Of a DNA stretch of 59,429 bases, positions 9,289-19,078 are shown in pieces. Positions within the stretch are counted from its first letter, which is position 1; every line of letters begins with the position of its first letter. The position numbers were made by a program, and so were the translations under genes. Source of the DNA: a virus (lineage: Duplodnaviria; Caudoviricetes); IMG/VR virus record IMGVR_UViG_3300049913_000005, positions 1 through 59,429 of that record, one strand, 5' to 3'. The notes under the pieces are model-generated. The model was given only the letters and a program-made list of their open reading frames with translations. It searched no databases and was not told where the DNA came from.

Positions 9289-10214
9289 GATGATCTATCC
9301 TCCTGGTCATACATCGTCTTCTCAATAAGTTTACCATATCGATCACCGTTACGATAATGAAAACGACGTACAAACTGCGGATGCGGCATGGCACCGTGTT
9401 CATGCAGAAATGCGCGATGTGCTGCAGCACCAAGTGTCACCGTACATGGGCAGCCAAGCTGATGCCATAGTTCATCAGCATTGTCGACATCACATGCGTT
9501 TGAGATACCGATGTCGTATGAACCCGTGTCAAGATGAGAAAGAAGAAAATGACCAGATGTTGCGGCATATGGCATAAACGCAGGATAGTTGGTACGTGCG
9601 CTGACGCCGCGGTTCTCGCCGAGAAGTAGAAAATCTGGTTTTGGTTCACCGATATATGTTGTGAATGGTGCGAGATGCTGTACTGACTCTTCCGCGCGTT
9701 GTGCCGCAGAAATGATCGAGTCGATGTCTACGCGTACTGACTTCCATTGCAGTAATGGAAGACGTGTTCCGGCTATGGCACTGCGATATTCTTGCATCAA
9801 TGCTGGAATGTGCCCAGCACGTACAAAGTCATCACGTCCGGGGCCAACACGTGACTTCATAACGTTGATATCGTCATAAACGAAGACAACGATCGCTCCA
9901 CGTGCGCGTAGAAACAATTCGACATGCGCATTCACCGCGGGATCATATCGTGTCGGACGCCTAAAGACACGCGGATAAACAATCTCACCTAGATGCCAAC
10001 GATCACAAATGACATGCAGTTGACCCAGGGGGGAATGCGGTGATGGACGATACCCCATAAGTGGTGACTCATACTCATCGAGCGGATGCGTTGTAGGCGG
10101 ACCAGCGTGCAACTGCAACGGTGGTGATTCACCAAGTTGCACAAGACGATGTGCGAGTTTGTTACGAAGATATGACTTACCCGCGCCGTCAGGACCTTCA
10201 AGAATAATCAGCAT
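9237..10214 (-). CDS. dNMP (thymidylate-like) kinase fused to a uracil-DNA-glycosylase-like domain
   Basis: LEGPDGAGKS P-loop and CDRW; C-terminal LLGEN, F.P...SG.FL, SNA, LG..A and HPQF motifs resembling the UDG superfamily. Confidence 0.75.
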   Translation of the reverse strand: MLIILEGPDGAGKSYLRNKLAHRLVQLGESPPLQLHAGPPTTHPLDEYESPLMGYRPSPHSPLGQLHVICDRWHLGEIVYPRVFRRPTRYDPAVNAHVELFLRARGAIVVFVYDDINVMKSRVGPGRDDFVRAGHIPALMQEYRSAIAGTRLPLLQWKSVRVDIDSIISAAQRAEESVQHLAPFTTYIGEPKPDFLLLGENRGVSARTNYPAFMPYAATSGHFLLSHLDTGSYDIGISNACDVDNADELWHQLGCPCTVTLGAAAHRAFLHEHGAMPHPQFVRRFHYRNGDRYGKLIEKTMYDQEDRSSWRPSFTLRQDTKTIGS

Positions 10215-10399
10215 TATGCTGGCATTACATTTGCACGCTGGATCATGAGACGCTCATATTGTAGCCGCTGTACGATATCAAGTGCGTAGTTTGATCCATC
10301 GGTGAACCAACGACGTGCCTGGTAATGAAGAGGTCGATACTCGTTCGGCCAGACAAATTCAGTCAGTGAAATGAGTGCATCTTTTATCTTACGCATCAT
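10214..10399 (-). CDS. Hypothetical protein
   Basis: AGGAG RBS; stop overlaps the kinase start. Confidence 0.6.
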   Translation of the reverse strand: MMRKIKDALISLTEFVWPNEYRPLHYQARRWFTDGSNYALDIVQRLQYERLMIQRANVMPA

Positions 10400-10513
10400 C
10401 GTAATCTCCTAGATTTATCAACGGTTAACACCAATACTATCGATTACTATCGATCAACGTAATGTGAGTACCTACGTGTACATTCCTTCCTATGTCATAC
10501 TATCATATTTTGA

Positions 10514-10556
10514 TGTACCGGTTCGATCTGTGGAGGGGGAAAATCGAACCGGTACA
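10514..10556. terminator. Perfect 14-bp inverted repeat downstream of tRNA-Met
   Basis: TGTACCGGTTCGAT ... ATCGAACCGGTACA. Confidence 0.55.
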
Positions 10557-10664
10557 CACCAGATCTAGTGTCACCACACCAAGAGGCTTACTAGTACAAC
10601 TGAAGACGATCGCTAGATTTTCTTCAGGTGTACGTTCTCGCATTGCATGTTCGTTACCGATCTG

Positions 10665-10737
10665 TAGCGGAGACGGGATTCGAACCCGTGACCTGCCGGT
10701 TATGAGCCGGGTGCGCTACCAACTGCGCTACTCCGCA
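10665..10737 (-). tRNA. tRNA-Met (CAT), initiator-like
   Basis: Full cloverleaf: GCGGAG/CTCCGC acceptor with 1:72 mismatch, GCGC D-stem, CTCATAA anticodon loop, ACGGG-TTCGAAT-CCCGT T-arm. Confidence 0.92.
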
Positions 10738-10880
10738 ATGCAGGTTGATCAATGTCCGTGCCTGAACTTCCGTGGTCCGTCACGGGCATCGATCAACCTT
10801 GTGGTGCTGGATCGTTTCGATCAGCGTTCGTATTCATACTATCACAAGTCAAGTCATCGGTCAAATGCTAGTTCAAGATC

Positions 10881-11465
10881 TTATGATTCGATCTGAAGGA
10901 ACGTAACTCCTCGTGGTGTTGGGAGATGCAGTGCGCAGAGTCCCGTCACCGTACACTCGAATTCTTCACGGATCCCGTGATGATATGCGGTATCGTGAAC
11001 ACCAATGACCGCCCCCTGGGTGAACCATTCGGCATCGAGCATCATATCTAGTTCGTGTTGACGTATCTCAAGTAACGAATCAAGCCACGCAAACCCGATC
11101 TTTCTGCGTAATGATGTTCGGATATTTTGTCCGATGAATGCAAGTGACGTTGTTTGTATTACTGACACCGGGAGATCGGCACATCGTGTACGTGCAATAT
11201 TGCATCGTTCTGTGTCAGGTTCAAGTGTTATGAGAGTACCGTGACCATTCAACTTTAACGCCATACCGATCGCCGCTGCGGTGTAACCGAACGCCGTGCC
11301 GGTCTCGATCACGAACTCCGGTTGCAACGTACGGACGAATGCGGCGACAAGTTCCGTCACCTCGACCTCCGTTGAATCCGTATCATACCCGTGCCAGTAG
11401 CCAGGATGTGGACAGACGTCGGTCGGTGCTGAAAATATGTCTTCAGTACGCGTAATTGGTTCCAT
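10881..11465 (-). CDS. Class I SAM-dependent methyltransferase (Methyltransf_24-like)
   Basis: VIETGTAFGYT motif I, TLEPD, WLDS, GVHDT. Confidence 0.8.
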   Translation of the reverse strand: MEPITRTEDIFSAPTDVCPHPGYWHGYDTDSTEVEVTELVAAFVRTLQPEFVIETGTAFGYTAAAIGMALKLNGHGTLITLEPDTERCNIARTRCADLPVSVIQTTSLAFIGQNIRTSLRRKIGFAWLDSLLEIRQHELDMMLDAEWFTQGAVIGVHDTAYHHGIREEFECTVTGLCALHLPTPRGVTFLQIES

Positions 11466-11938
11466 TACGCTACCGCACGATTAACATATGCATCTTCAAT
11501 AGACCGGTCATAACCCGCGGCATCAGCAAGTGCGATGGCCGCAACACGCGGAAGATAGACATTGTTAGGTCGACGAACCGTCAAGATCTCAATGATCTGA
11601 TGTGCAGATCGAACATAATAGAGATGGCAAAGATTGATCTCGTCTGAAATGATCGTGGGACCGTATGTGTGAACAATATATTGGCAGTTGTGTTTCTCAG
11701 CCTCATCATCAGTCGGGATGATGATCGTAATCTCCGACCAACGACATGCAGAACAACGCACAACCGTGGAACCAATTTCATCTGAACGATGTGCATGCGC
11801 ATCACGATGACTACTAGCAAAACCTACAACATGACCCTCAACTTTGATGTCACCATCTGGCGTCGGTAGGGTCAGTAGACGTGCCAGTGGTAGTTCGAGA
11901 CGCTGACGCGCCAATCGCGTCGTGGTGTGGTCTGACAT
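11465..11938 (-). CDS. Hypothetical protein (CxxC)
   Basis: AAGGAG RBS precedes MSDHTTT; coupled to the methyltransferase. Confidence 0.65.
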   Translation of the reverse strand: MSDHTTTRLARQRLELPLARLLTLPTPDGDIKVEGHVVGFASSHRDAHAHRSDEIGSTVVRCSACRWSEITIIIPTDDEAEKHNCQYIVHTYGPTIISDEINLCHLYYVRSAHQIIEILTVRRPNNVYLPRVAAIALADAAGYDRSIEDAYVNRAVA

Positions 11939-12075
11939 TGTTACTCCTTTATCATGTGTCATATCATTCGTACATATCATATTAATATTACCACACATCG
12001 TGAATAGTGTCTACCGATGCTAGTTCTATTACAGACAGACACCAGTACGTAGTCATCAGCGATATAATATACAAC

Positions 12076-12273
12076 ATGGCACGCATTATCGATAGTCGTG
12101 TAGGACCTGTAGTTCCTAAACTTGTTCGTATTGCGGTTCCGGTCTTTCGAGCCTCCGCACTTGTGGCAGCTGGCGAACTCGTATCGCATACAACTATGAT
12201 CAACCAACTTCTTACTGAAGCACTCGAGATGCGTGGTGTTGATATCGAGTCAAACGAGAGTGTTGATGCCTGA
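12076..12273 (+). CDS. Small DNA-binding protein (ribbon-helix-helix-like)
   Basis: LVRIAVPV..A...AA......MINQLLTEAL pattern; directly upstream of the primase. Confidence 0.45.
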   Translation: MARIIDSRVGPVVPKLVRIAVPVFRASALVAAGELVSHTTMINQLLTEALEMRGVDIESNESVDA

Positions 12274-14743
12274 GCGGTCAACGCTTGACTGGGCACGGTT
12301 GTACATCGCTCGCGATCTACCCGTGTTCCCAGTCAGCGGTGTAACCCAGGGGGAAGACGGCACATACCGTTGTACGTGTGGTCGCGAATGCGACCGCCCA
12401 GGAAAGCACCCACGTACCGCGCACGCCTTGTATGACGGGACGACGGATGTCGCACAGGTTGAACGATGGTTCGGTCCAGGTGGGTCGCATCTTGACTGTA
12501 ACATTGCGATACGCATGGGCGATGGGTACGTCGCCATCGACGTCGATACGCGACACGGCGGACTTGACACGCTGGATACCTGGTCTGAATGGGTAGGCGA
12601 CACGTGGGTACCACCCGTCACACGCCGCCAACGTACAGGTTCAGGTGGTCTGCATTTAATATATACGGTACCACCTGATGTAAAGATCAAGTCACGTGAC
12701 GCGGTTCTACCCGGCATCGACATCAAAGGCGATGGCGGCTACGTCATCGTAGAACCCTCGCGACACATCGCCGGTAGTTTCTATCGGTGGGAGAACGTTG
12801 CGTGTCCAATCGTCACGACGACCGGCCCGTTGTTGACCTGGTTGCTTACGGCACGTGGTGGACGGCACCGTCAGAGTGGCGCCGGTGGTGAGACGCCGTC
12901 AGACTATGCGTTTGATGATGGCGCGGCGGCGGGACAACGCGACGCGTTCTTTAACGACCTGGCGTTCAGGTTACGGAAGTCCGGCGCATCATATGAACGC
13001 GCGTTACAACGCGTTCGTGACGAGTGGGAACGATGTGAACAGCCGGCGAATGACCCGTTCCCGTGGGAGACTGCACTCGCGAAGCTCGACCGTGTCTGGC
13101 ACGACATCGAGCCGGATGCGATCGCACCAGGTCGCACGGCGTGGGCGCAGGCGCAGGTACGACAAACGTCGACCGTCATCGAGTCCGCGTTGGTACCGCA
13201 TACGGTTGCCCCATCATCTGATGATCCGGTGTCGAGTCCTCCGGTGTCTGGACCCCCTGGGTCTGTACCGCGTGGACCTGTGCGTGTTGTCGAAGACTGG
13301 GAATCGACCGAGCATCTCACCGACATGGGTAACGGTAGACGCTTCGTACGTCTGTTTGGTGACAAGGTTAGGTACTGTCTTGGCAACAAACAATGGTACG
13401 TCTGGGACGGCGTTAAGTTTGCGGCAGACGATGTGAACGAGGTTATGCGACTCACCCAGGGGGTTATCGCCGATATTCGTGACGAAGCTGCCGCCGCAGA
13501 CAATGATCATCGTGACCGTCTCGTTGCGCATGCGTTGCGATCTGAATCTGTGACGGCACGTGAGAAGATGGTAAAGTCGGCGTCCGCTGAGATGGAACTT
13601 GCCGTTCGGATCGACCAACTAGATGCAAACCCAATGATTGCGGTCGTACGAAACGGAACGATCGACCTTACGACACGTGAACTTCGTCCATCATGTCCGG
13701 AAGATCTTTGCACCAGGTCGTTTGAGACGGTCTTTGACATCGATGCGACGTGTCCACTTTGGTTGAAGCATATCGAGATGATCACACGACGAAAAGACGG
13801 TTCACATGATCCCGCGTTGGCCGCACATCTTCAGCGTTGGGCCGGCTATACCTTAACTGGACTTGTGCGGGAACAGAAGTTTTTCTTTGCGTATGGTGAT
13901 GGTGACAACGGCAAGAACGTCTTCATCGAGACGTTACTTGGGATGCTAGGGTCATACGGTATTATCGGGTCAGCACAGATCATGACCGGGTCGGGTAAGG
14001 AACATGAGACGATCATCGCTGACCTCGCCGGTGCACGTATGGTCTTCATAGATGAGACACCCAAGGGGCGCGCGAACGAGAACAGGATTAAACAGCTTAC
14101 GGGTGCGACACGGATTCGGGCACGTCACGTCGCGAAAGACTCGGTTGAGTTCGACGCGCGCTTTAAGTTGTGGATCGCCGGGAACAACCGTCCGACGGTT
14201 GCGGACACGTCTGAAGGATTCTGGCGTCGGTTGGACTTGGTGCCGTTCGATACGAAGATAACAAATAAGATCAAGGACTACGCGAGTATCCTACAAAATG
14301 AACGACCAGGTATCTTGAACTGGTGTCTTGAGGGACTGCGTGACTACATGGCCGTCGGATTGGCACAGCCGGACCGCGTCGCGCAGGCGAGTGAAGAATA
14401 TCGCGAGAATGAGAACACGTTCAAGCAGTTCATCGATGAATACTTTGAACACGTAGGTGAGCCGGTCTGGACGCCTAACTCCGCGTTGCACTGGGCGTAT
14501 GAACAATGGTGCAAGGACAACGGTGTACGGAACATACAGGATATGACACGTCTCGCAAATGAATGGCGACGAGTCGGATTTAACCGCGATGACGCGCCTC
14601 GCAAGATCGCGCAAGGATACCCGCGAGCGGTCAAAAAAGCTCAGCGTGGGTGGATTGGATCTCGGTTACAGTACGTGCCGCTCGAGCTAAGGTGGAATGG
14701 TATGTATGAGCTATCCGATGAGAGTAACCAAGCTATCTCGTGA
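12233..14743 (+). CDS. Prim-Pol primase fused to a D5/P4-type SF3 helicase
   Basis: GKHP, IDVD, TGSGGLH, DIKGDGGYV (Prim-Pol); TDMGNG, GDGDNGKN Walker A, IDE, FWRR; true start probably near 12259-12265. Confidence 0.92.
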   Translation: MVLISSQTRVLMPERSTLDWARLYIARDLPVFPVSGVTQGEDGTYRCTCGRECDRPGKHPRTAHALYDGTTDVAQVERWFGPGGSHLDCNIAIRMGDGYVAIDVDTRHGGLDTLDTWSEWVGDTWVPPVTRRQRTGSGGLHLIYTVPPDVKIKSRDAVLPGIDIKGDGGYVIVEPSRHIAGSFYRWENVACPIVTTTGPLLTWLLTARGGRHRQSGAGGETPSDYAFDDGAAAGQRDAFFNDLAFRLRKSGASYERALQRVRDEWERCEQPANDPFPWETALAKLDRVWHDIEPDAIAPGRTAWAQAQVRQTSTVIESALVPHTVAPSSDDPVSSPPVSGPPGSVPRGPVRVVEDWESTEHLTDMGNGRRFVRLFGDKVRYCLGNKQWYVWDGVKFAADDVNEVMRLTQGVIADIRDEAAAADNDHRDRLVAHALRSESVTAREKMVKSASAEMELAVRIDQLDANPMIAVVRNGTIDLTTRELRPSCPEDLCTRSFETVFDIDATCPLWLKHIEMITRRKDGSHDPALAAHLQRWAGYTLTGLVREQKFFFAYGDGDNGKNVFIETLLGMLGSYGIIGSAQIMTGSGKEHETIIADLAGARMVFIDETPKGRANENRIKQLTGATRIRARHVAKDSVEFDARFKLWIAGNNRPTVADTSEGFWRRLDLVPFDTKITNKIKDYASILQNERPGILNWCLEGLRDYMAVGLAQPDRVAQASEEYRENENTFKQFIDEYFEHVGEPVWTPNSALHWAYEQWCKDNGVRNIQDMTRLANEWRRVGFNRDDAPRKIAQGYPRAVKKAQRGWIGSRLQYVPLELRWNGMYELSDESNQAIS

Positions 14744-14838
14744 AATCTTGGGCAATCTGATCTTTGTATATGTGAATTCGATCTTAAGATAGGTGATTAA
14801 CATCATAGGAGGATAATGAGACATTGTCACTGTACCGT

Positions 14839-15023
14839 TAGTGTAACCAGTAGTGTAACCAGTAAGAGATAGTGCTTGAAGTCGAATAATATAGATCAGG
14901 TTACACTGGTTACAGTGGTTACAGTGGTTTTGGTACTAACGTATAGCACTACAAATAGTTGATCTCCAACCACGCAATACGGAATCTAACAAAAAACCAC
15001 TGTAACCTGTAACCACTGTAACC
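14839..15023. repeat. Putative replication origin: direct and inverted GTAACC/GGTTAC iterons
   Basis: TAGTGTAACCAG x2 (14839-14862), GGTTACA(C/G)T x3 (14899-14925), AACCACTGTAACC repeats (14995-15023), in an AT-rich gap after the primase. Confidence 0.7.
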
Positions 15024-15027
15024 GATC

Positions 15028-15771
15028 TTGTTCGGGAAGATCGGGAAGAAATCAAACAACATAGATTGGATACATAATATGGCTGGTCACTCTGCCCGTA
15101 CTCGCGCGCGTGGAGTGAGCGATGCCGAACTATTGTTAGAAACTGGGCATGGCGTCGTTGAGGTTGATGGACAGTGCGGGCAGAAGATGTCCACCGGTGG
15201 CATCTGTACACGACAAGCAGGTGCGGGTACCGCTCACTTTGGCGTGGGTCCATGTGCGGGTCATGGCGGAAACAGCACGTATGAGAACGCGAAGGGGGCG
15301 TACCTTATGGGGCATGCGATCGCACGAGGGTTGAACGTATCGCCGTGGGAGGCGCTTCTGAGTGAGGTTCGCCGGTCGGCTGGGGAAGTGTCATGGCTCG
15401 ACGCGAAGATCGCCGATGCACCCAACGATGATGCCTTACTATCTAGCGAACCTGGCGGTTTTGCCCCCTGGGTGAGGATGCGAAACGAGGCAAGGAAGCA
15501 TCTCGCGCGCGTAGCAAAAATGGCCATCGATGGCGGGGTCGCCGAGAAACTTGTCGCACAGGTTCAAGGTGAGGCACAACAACTAGGACAAATGGTACTA
15601 GCGGTACTGATGAGTAAAGATCTTGCGCTCACCGAGGAACAAATAGTTCACGCACGTGTTATATTGAGAAATGAGATGCTCGCGATCGTTGGATCTGACG
15701 AACGTGATGAGTCAGGTACGGCTGGCCCGCCCCCTGGGTCAGGAAAGGTTGTCGACGGTACCGTGGCATAG
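15028..15771 (+). CDS. Probable terminase small subunit
   Basis: C...C....G.GT.H.G.GPC..HGG motif followed by a helical region; upstream of TerL; start may be 15079. Confidence 0.65.
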   Translation: MFGKIGKKSNNIDWIHNMAGHSARTRARGVSDAELLLETGHGVVEVDGQCGQKMSTGGICTRQAGAGTAHFGVGPCAGHGGNSTYENAKGAYLMGHAIARGLNVSPWEALLSEVRRSAGEVSWLDAKIADAPNDDALLSSEPGGFAPWVRMRNEARKHLARVAKMAIDGGVAEKLVAQVQGEAQQLGQMVLAVLMSKDLALTEEQIVHARVILRNEMLAIVGSDERDESGTAGPPPGSGKVVDGTVA

Positions 15772-15782
15772 GAGTTAGGTTT

Positions 15783-16043
15783 ATGACAAGTTGGGAACAG
15801 ATCTGTTGGCTTCGTAGGGTGGCACGATGGATCAAAGTCATCGCCATCACTACACTGATAAGTACAAGTTTTATGATCATCATGGGTAGTTCATCATGGA
15901 TCGCATTCATACTGTTAGTGTGCGGCATTTGTTTGACCTTTGAACAGTGGTTCATTCAACGTGTTGCTGCACGTATGCAGTGGCAACTGATGGAAGACAG
16001 TTGGAACGTTTCACGAATGGATGACGACGATTATGATGGATAA
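15783..16043 (+). CDS. Membrane protein (2 TM; holin candidate)
   Basis: Two hydrophobic segments, acidic tail, AGGAG RBS. Confidence 0.55.
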   Translation: MTSWEQICWLRRVARWIKVIAITTLISTSFMIIMGSSSWIAFILLVCGICLTFEQWFIQRVAARMQWQLMEDSWNVSRMDDDDYDG

Positions 16044-16380
16044 CACTGAACCACAACCAACACTTATGACTATTGCACGTGTGGCAGGCGTCTCACAATC
16101 GACAGTGTCACGTGCGCTTGGCAGTGCGCCGTCAATGGTGAATCCACGCACAAAGGCGCATATCATTGAGACAGCACTACGACTTGGGTATCGACCTCGT
16201 CGTCGATATACGAAGGTGTTTGAAGGTATCAACGTCGTTGGGTATGTTGTGCTACCACGAACCGCAGTGCTGACACAGCAAGATGCACTAAACCTTTTGC
16301 GTCGAATGCGTGATCTGAACGGCGATGGAAGAGTGCAGATGTATGCACTCATTCCGGTACAAGTTTCCGTCAAAATTTGA
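16021..16380 (+). CDS. LacI-type HTH DNA-binding protein
   Basis: PTLMTIARVAGVSQSTVSRAL...V...T...I...A..LGYRP. Confidence 0.8.
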   Translation: MTTIMMDNTEPQPTLMTIARVAGVSQSTVSRALGSAPSMVNPRTKAHIIETALRLGYRPRRRYTKVFEGINVVGYVVLPRTAVLTQQDALNLLRRMRDLNGDGRVQMYALIPVQVSVKI

Positions 16381-16457
16381 TTGTTTATCGACAAACATTG
16401 TGGTATTACGTACGCGCGTGCGCGTACGTACATATAGATTGATTGGACTGAGATACG

Positions 16458-16916
16458 ATGAAAATGCGAACCGCAATATTTATTCTTGGTGCTTGGTGTG
16501 GCATACTTCTGGTCTTTTTGATCTGCTTACTTGGTTCAATGATCCAGATGCCGCATAAGTCTTCAGCACCGAACAGTGATATGATTCAGCGTTCAAATGC
16601 TGCATCATCTGCGACATCAGAAGCGACTGATGTCACGATCGAATTTCGTGCGTATGGATTGTTCTCTGACCCAACGACGCGGGATGCAACTACTCGTGTT
16701 GTGGTTAAGAACGGTACAGATGTTATCGTCTCAACATCATTGCCTGAAAACCCAACGGTTCGTCAGTCTGCTAGTGTGCTGTGCATGACGGCGTTCGGTT
16801 TCGGTCTGTCACAGTTGGCCATTGACCCGAGTAAGATTCGTGTGTTTGTTCGTGCAATGAATGGCAACTGGTTGGAGACAAAGATCGGTGTAAACGCAGC
16901 GCATTTCGTCGTGTAA
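16458..16916 (+). CDS. Membrane-anchored protein
   Basis: N-terminal TM helix and Ser/Ala linker. Confidence 0.55.
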   Translation: MKMRTAIFILGAWCGILLVFLICLLGSMIQMPHKSSAPNSDMIQRSNAASSATSEATDVTIEFRAYGLFSDPTTRDATTRVVVKNGTDVIVSTSLPENPTVRQSASVLCMTAFGFGLSQLAIDPSKIRVFVRAMNGNWLETKIGVNAAHFVV

Positions 16917-16968
16917 GATGTATACGTATGTGTGGTATGATTAGCTACGAAGTAATTGGAGGTATGAC

Positions 16969-18000
16969 ATGGATATTGGTCTTGATTTTGCGTGGTCGAA
17001 GCCAAGTATCGACGCGTTGCATGCATTCGGTGCGTCGTTTGTCATGGGCTATCTATCACACGATGCAAGTAAGAATTTGACTGTTGACTACGCACGTGCG
17101 GCACTGGCAGCCGGCATCGACGTTGGACTCTTCTTTGAGGATGAAGTCAATGGAACTTTAAACGGTTATACGCATGGTGTCGCCGATGGCGAGTACGCGC
17201 GTGCACAGGCGATTGAACTTGGGTATCCACAGGGCGCATGCATCTACTTCGCCGTTGACTTTGACACAACTGAATCGCAACAGCATGTGATTGATCAGTA
17301 TATGTATGGAGTTATTGTCGGCATCGATTCACATTATGCCGTAGGTATCTATGGTGGTTATTACGTTGTGAAGCGTGTACTCGATGCGAACATTGTGTCA
17401 TATGCGTGTCAGACATATGCATGGTCCGGTGAACAATGGGACGCACGTGCACAACTTCGTCAGGTACAGAATGGCATTACCGTTGGTGGTGTTGATTGTG
17501 ACAAAGATGAACGACATGCGCCAGCAGGTCTATGGCTGGCATCAGGAGAAAGTGATAATGACATGACCGATCTCACAACACCTGCAGCACGTGACGCATG
17601 GAATGCTGCTAATCTGGCTCAATGCATCGTTGGACTCATTGATGATCCAATGATGTTGAATCGAACCACCATATCGATGGATGGTATTCCTGTACCTAAT
17701 GGCAATGTGTTAGCAACGACATTGCATGATCTGTCGACGGCTATTGATCGACTTGAATCGAAGATCGACCAAATCTTGAGTACCGTGCGGCAACCATTTG
17801 TTATCACTATGAGTGCGGCAGATCGTGACGCAGTTGTCACCGCGCTTCTTGCAGTACTGACGCCTGCAATGCAGAACCCAGACATTACTGCACTCACCAC
17901 AGCCGTTGTCGGTCTGCACGATGCCATGCAGACCGTCATCGACAATATTAATGCACTCATCACACGACTGCACAACACAGGAATGGCACTGACCAGTTGA
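16969..18000 (+). CDS. Endolysin, DUF1906 / GH25-like glycoside hydrolase with helical C-terminus
   Basis: GLDFAW, YLS, IYFAVDFD, GIYGG, QTYAWS, Q...V.G.DCD.D motifs; GGAGG RBS. Confidence 0.85.
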   Translation: MDIGLDFAWSKPSIDALHAFGASFVMGYLSHDASKNLTVDYARAALAAGIDVGLFFEDEVNGTLNGYTHGVADGEYARAQAIELGYPQGACIYFAVDFDTTESQQHVIDQYMYGVIVGIDSHYAVGIYGGYYVVKRVLDANIVSYACQTYAWSGEQWDARAQLRQVQNGITVGGVDCDKDERHAPAGLWLASGESDNDMTDLTTPAARDAWNAANLAQCIVGLIDDPMMLNRTTISMDGIPVPNGNVLATTLHDLSTAIDRLESKIDQILSTVRQPFVITMSAADRDAVVTALLAVLTPAMQNPDITALTTAVVGLHDAMQTVIDNINALITRLHNTGMALTS

Positions 18001-18043
18001 CGAATCATCTGCGCACACATTACGATTACTAAAGGAAATTGTT

Positions 18044-18802
18044 ATGCGTATGATCCGTGTCATCATCGCTCTCGTGGTGTCGATGGCCGTTGTACTCGTC
18101 ATTCCATCATCGTCATCGGCCACACCCATCGTTACCATGTTGAAGATCGCTACGATGGGCGACAGTCTCACCTACGGGTATGGATCATCTGCGGATGGGT
18201 ATCGCACGGAACTTGGTCAACGTCTCGCTGCTGTCGGCGTCACGCCAACATGGGTCGGACCGACCCACGGATACAACGGCGGTACCGTACAAAGTATGAT
18301 CACCGGAATGGATAATGGGTGGGCCACTGAACTGACCACAGCCGATCCTGATGTCATCATCCTCGGCGTCGGCACGCATAATGCAGCCGGCGACCCGCCG
18401 GGTATGACTGGGTTCCAGACTGCGTACCAGACGTTGCTGACCAAACTACATGCTGCGGCGACGCGGGCAAAGATACTGACCGCCCGATTGACGTACTCAT
18501 CGATTAGTTGGTCGCCAAATGAAGTCACGGTCAACATGTACGTGATCTTAACAAATTGGGCATCCCCCTGGGCGACGTACACATATCAAGTCGCATGGGA
18601 CGTCATTCCTCCATGTGGATACCTGTACAATGCTGCCGGCGATAGCGGTGTTCACCCGCGTGACGCAGGCTACGGTTGGATGGCTCGTGAGGCATACCGG
18701 ACATTGCAACTGCTGTATACGCTACCGGACATCCCGACTGATGCATACACTGATCCGATTACCCGTCGACCTGGTATCGAACGCGCTGTGATCGGCTGTT
18801 AA
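18044..18802 (+). CDS. Secreted SGNH/GDSL esterase
   Basis: Signal peptide, GDSLT block I, G.GTHN block III, DSGVHP...GY block V. Confidence 0.85.
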   Translation: MRMIRVIIALVVSMAVVLVIPSSSSATPIVTMLKIATMGDSLTYGYGSSADGYRTELGQRLAAVGVTPTWVGPTHGYNGGTVQSMITGMDNGWATELTTADPDVIILGVGTHNAAGDPPGMTGFQTAYQTLLTKLHAAATRAKILTARLTYSSISWSPNEVTVNMYVILTNWASPWATYTYQVAWDVIPPCGYLYNAAGDSGVHPRDAGYGWMAREAYRTLQLLYTLPDIPTDAYTDPITRRPGIERAVIGC

Positions 18803-18814
18803 GGAGGCGATAAG

Positions 18815-19078
18815 ATGTTTCACGTACCTGGCGCAAAGTGGGGTGACTGGTACTGGCCGTCGTGGTTGTCATTTGTCGCCATCTCGATTCTTATTCCTGA
18901 GATCTATGCGCTTGTGACGAATGTACGTGATACATTGTCGTGGTTTGTATGGGAACAATTCCAGATGAATACTGACCAACAGTTGCCGTGGACCGCCGCA
19001 CATTACTTGACATTTGGTGCGTGGTTGACATTGATGACGTGGCTGACATGGCACTTTTTCTTTCGGCGGTTTACATGA
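18815..19078 (+). CDS. Trp-rich membrane protein (holin candidate)
   Basis: Two TM segments, AAGGAGG RBS. Confidence 0.6.
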   Translation: MFHVPGAKWGDWYWPSWLSFVAISILIPEIYALVTNVRDTLSWFVWEQFQMNTDQQLPWTAAHYLTFGAWLTLMTWLTWHFFFRRFT

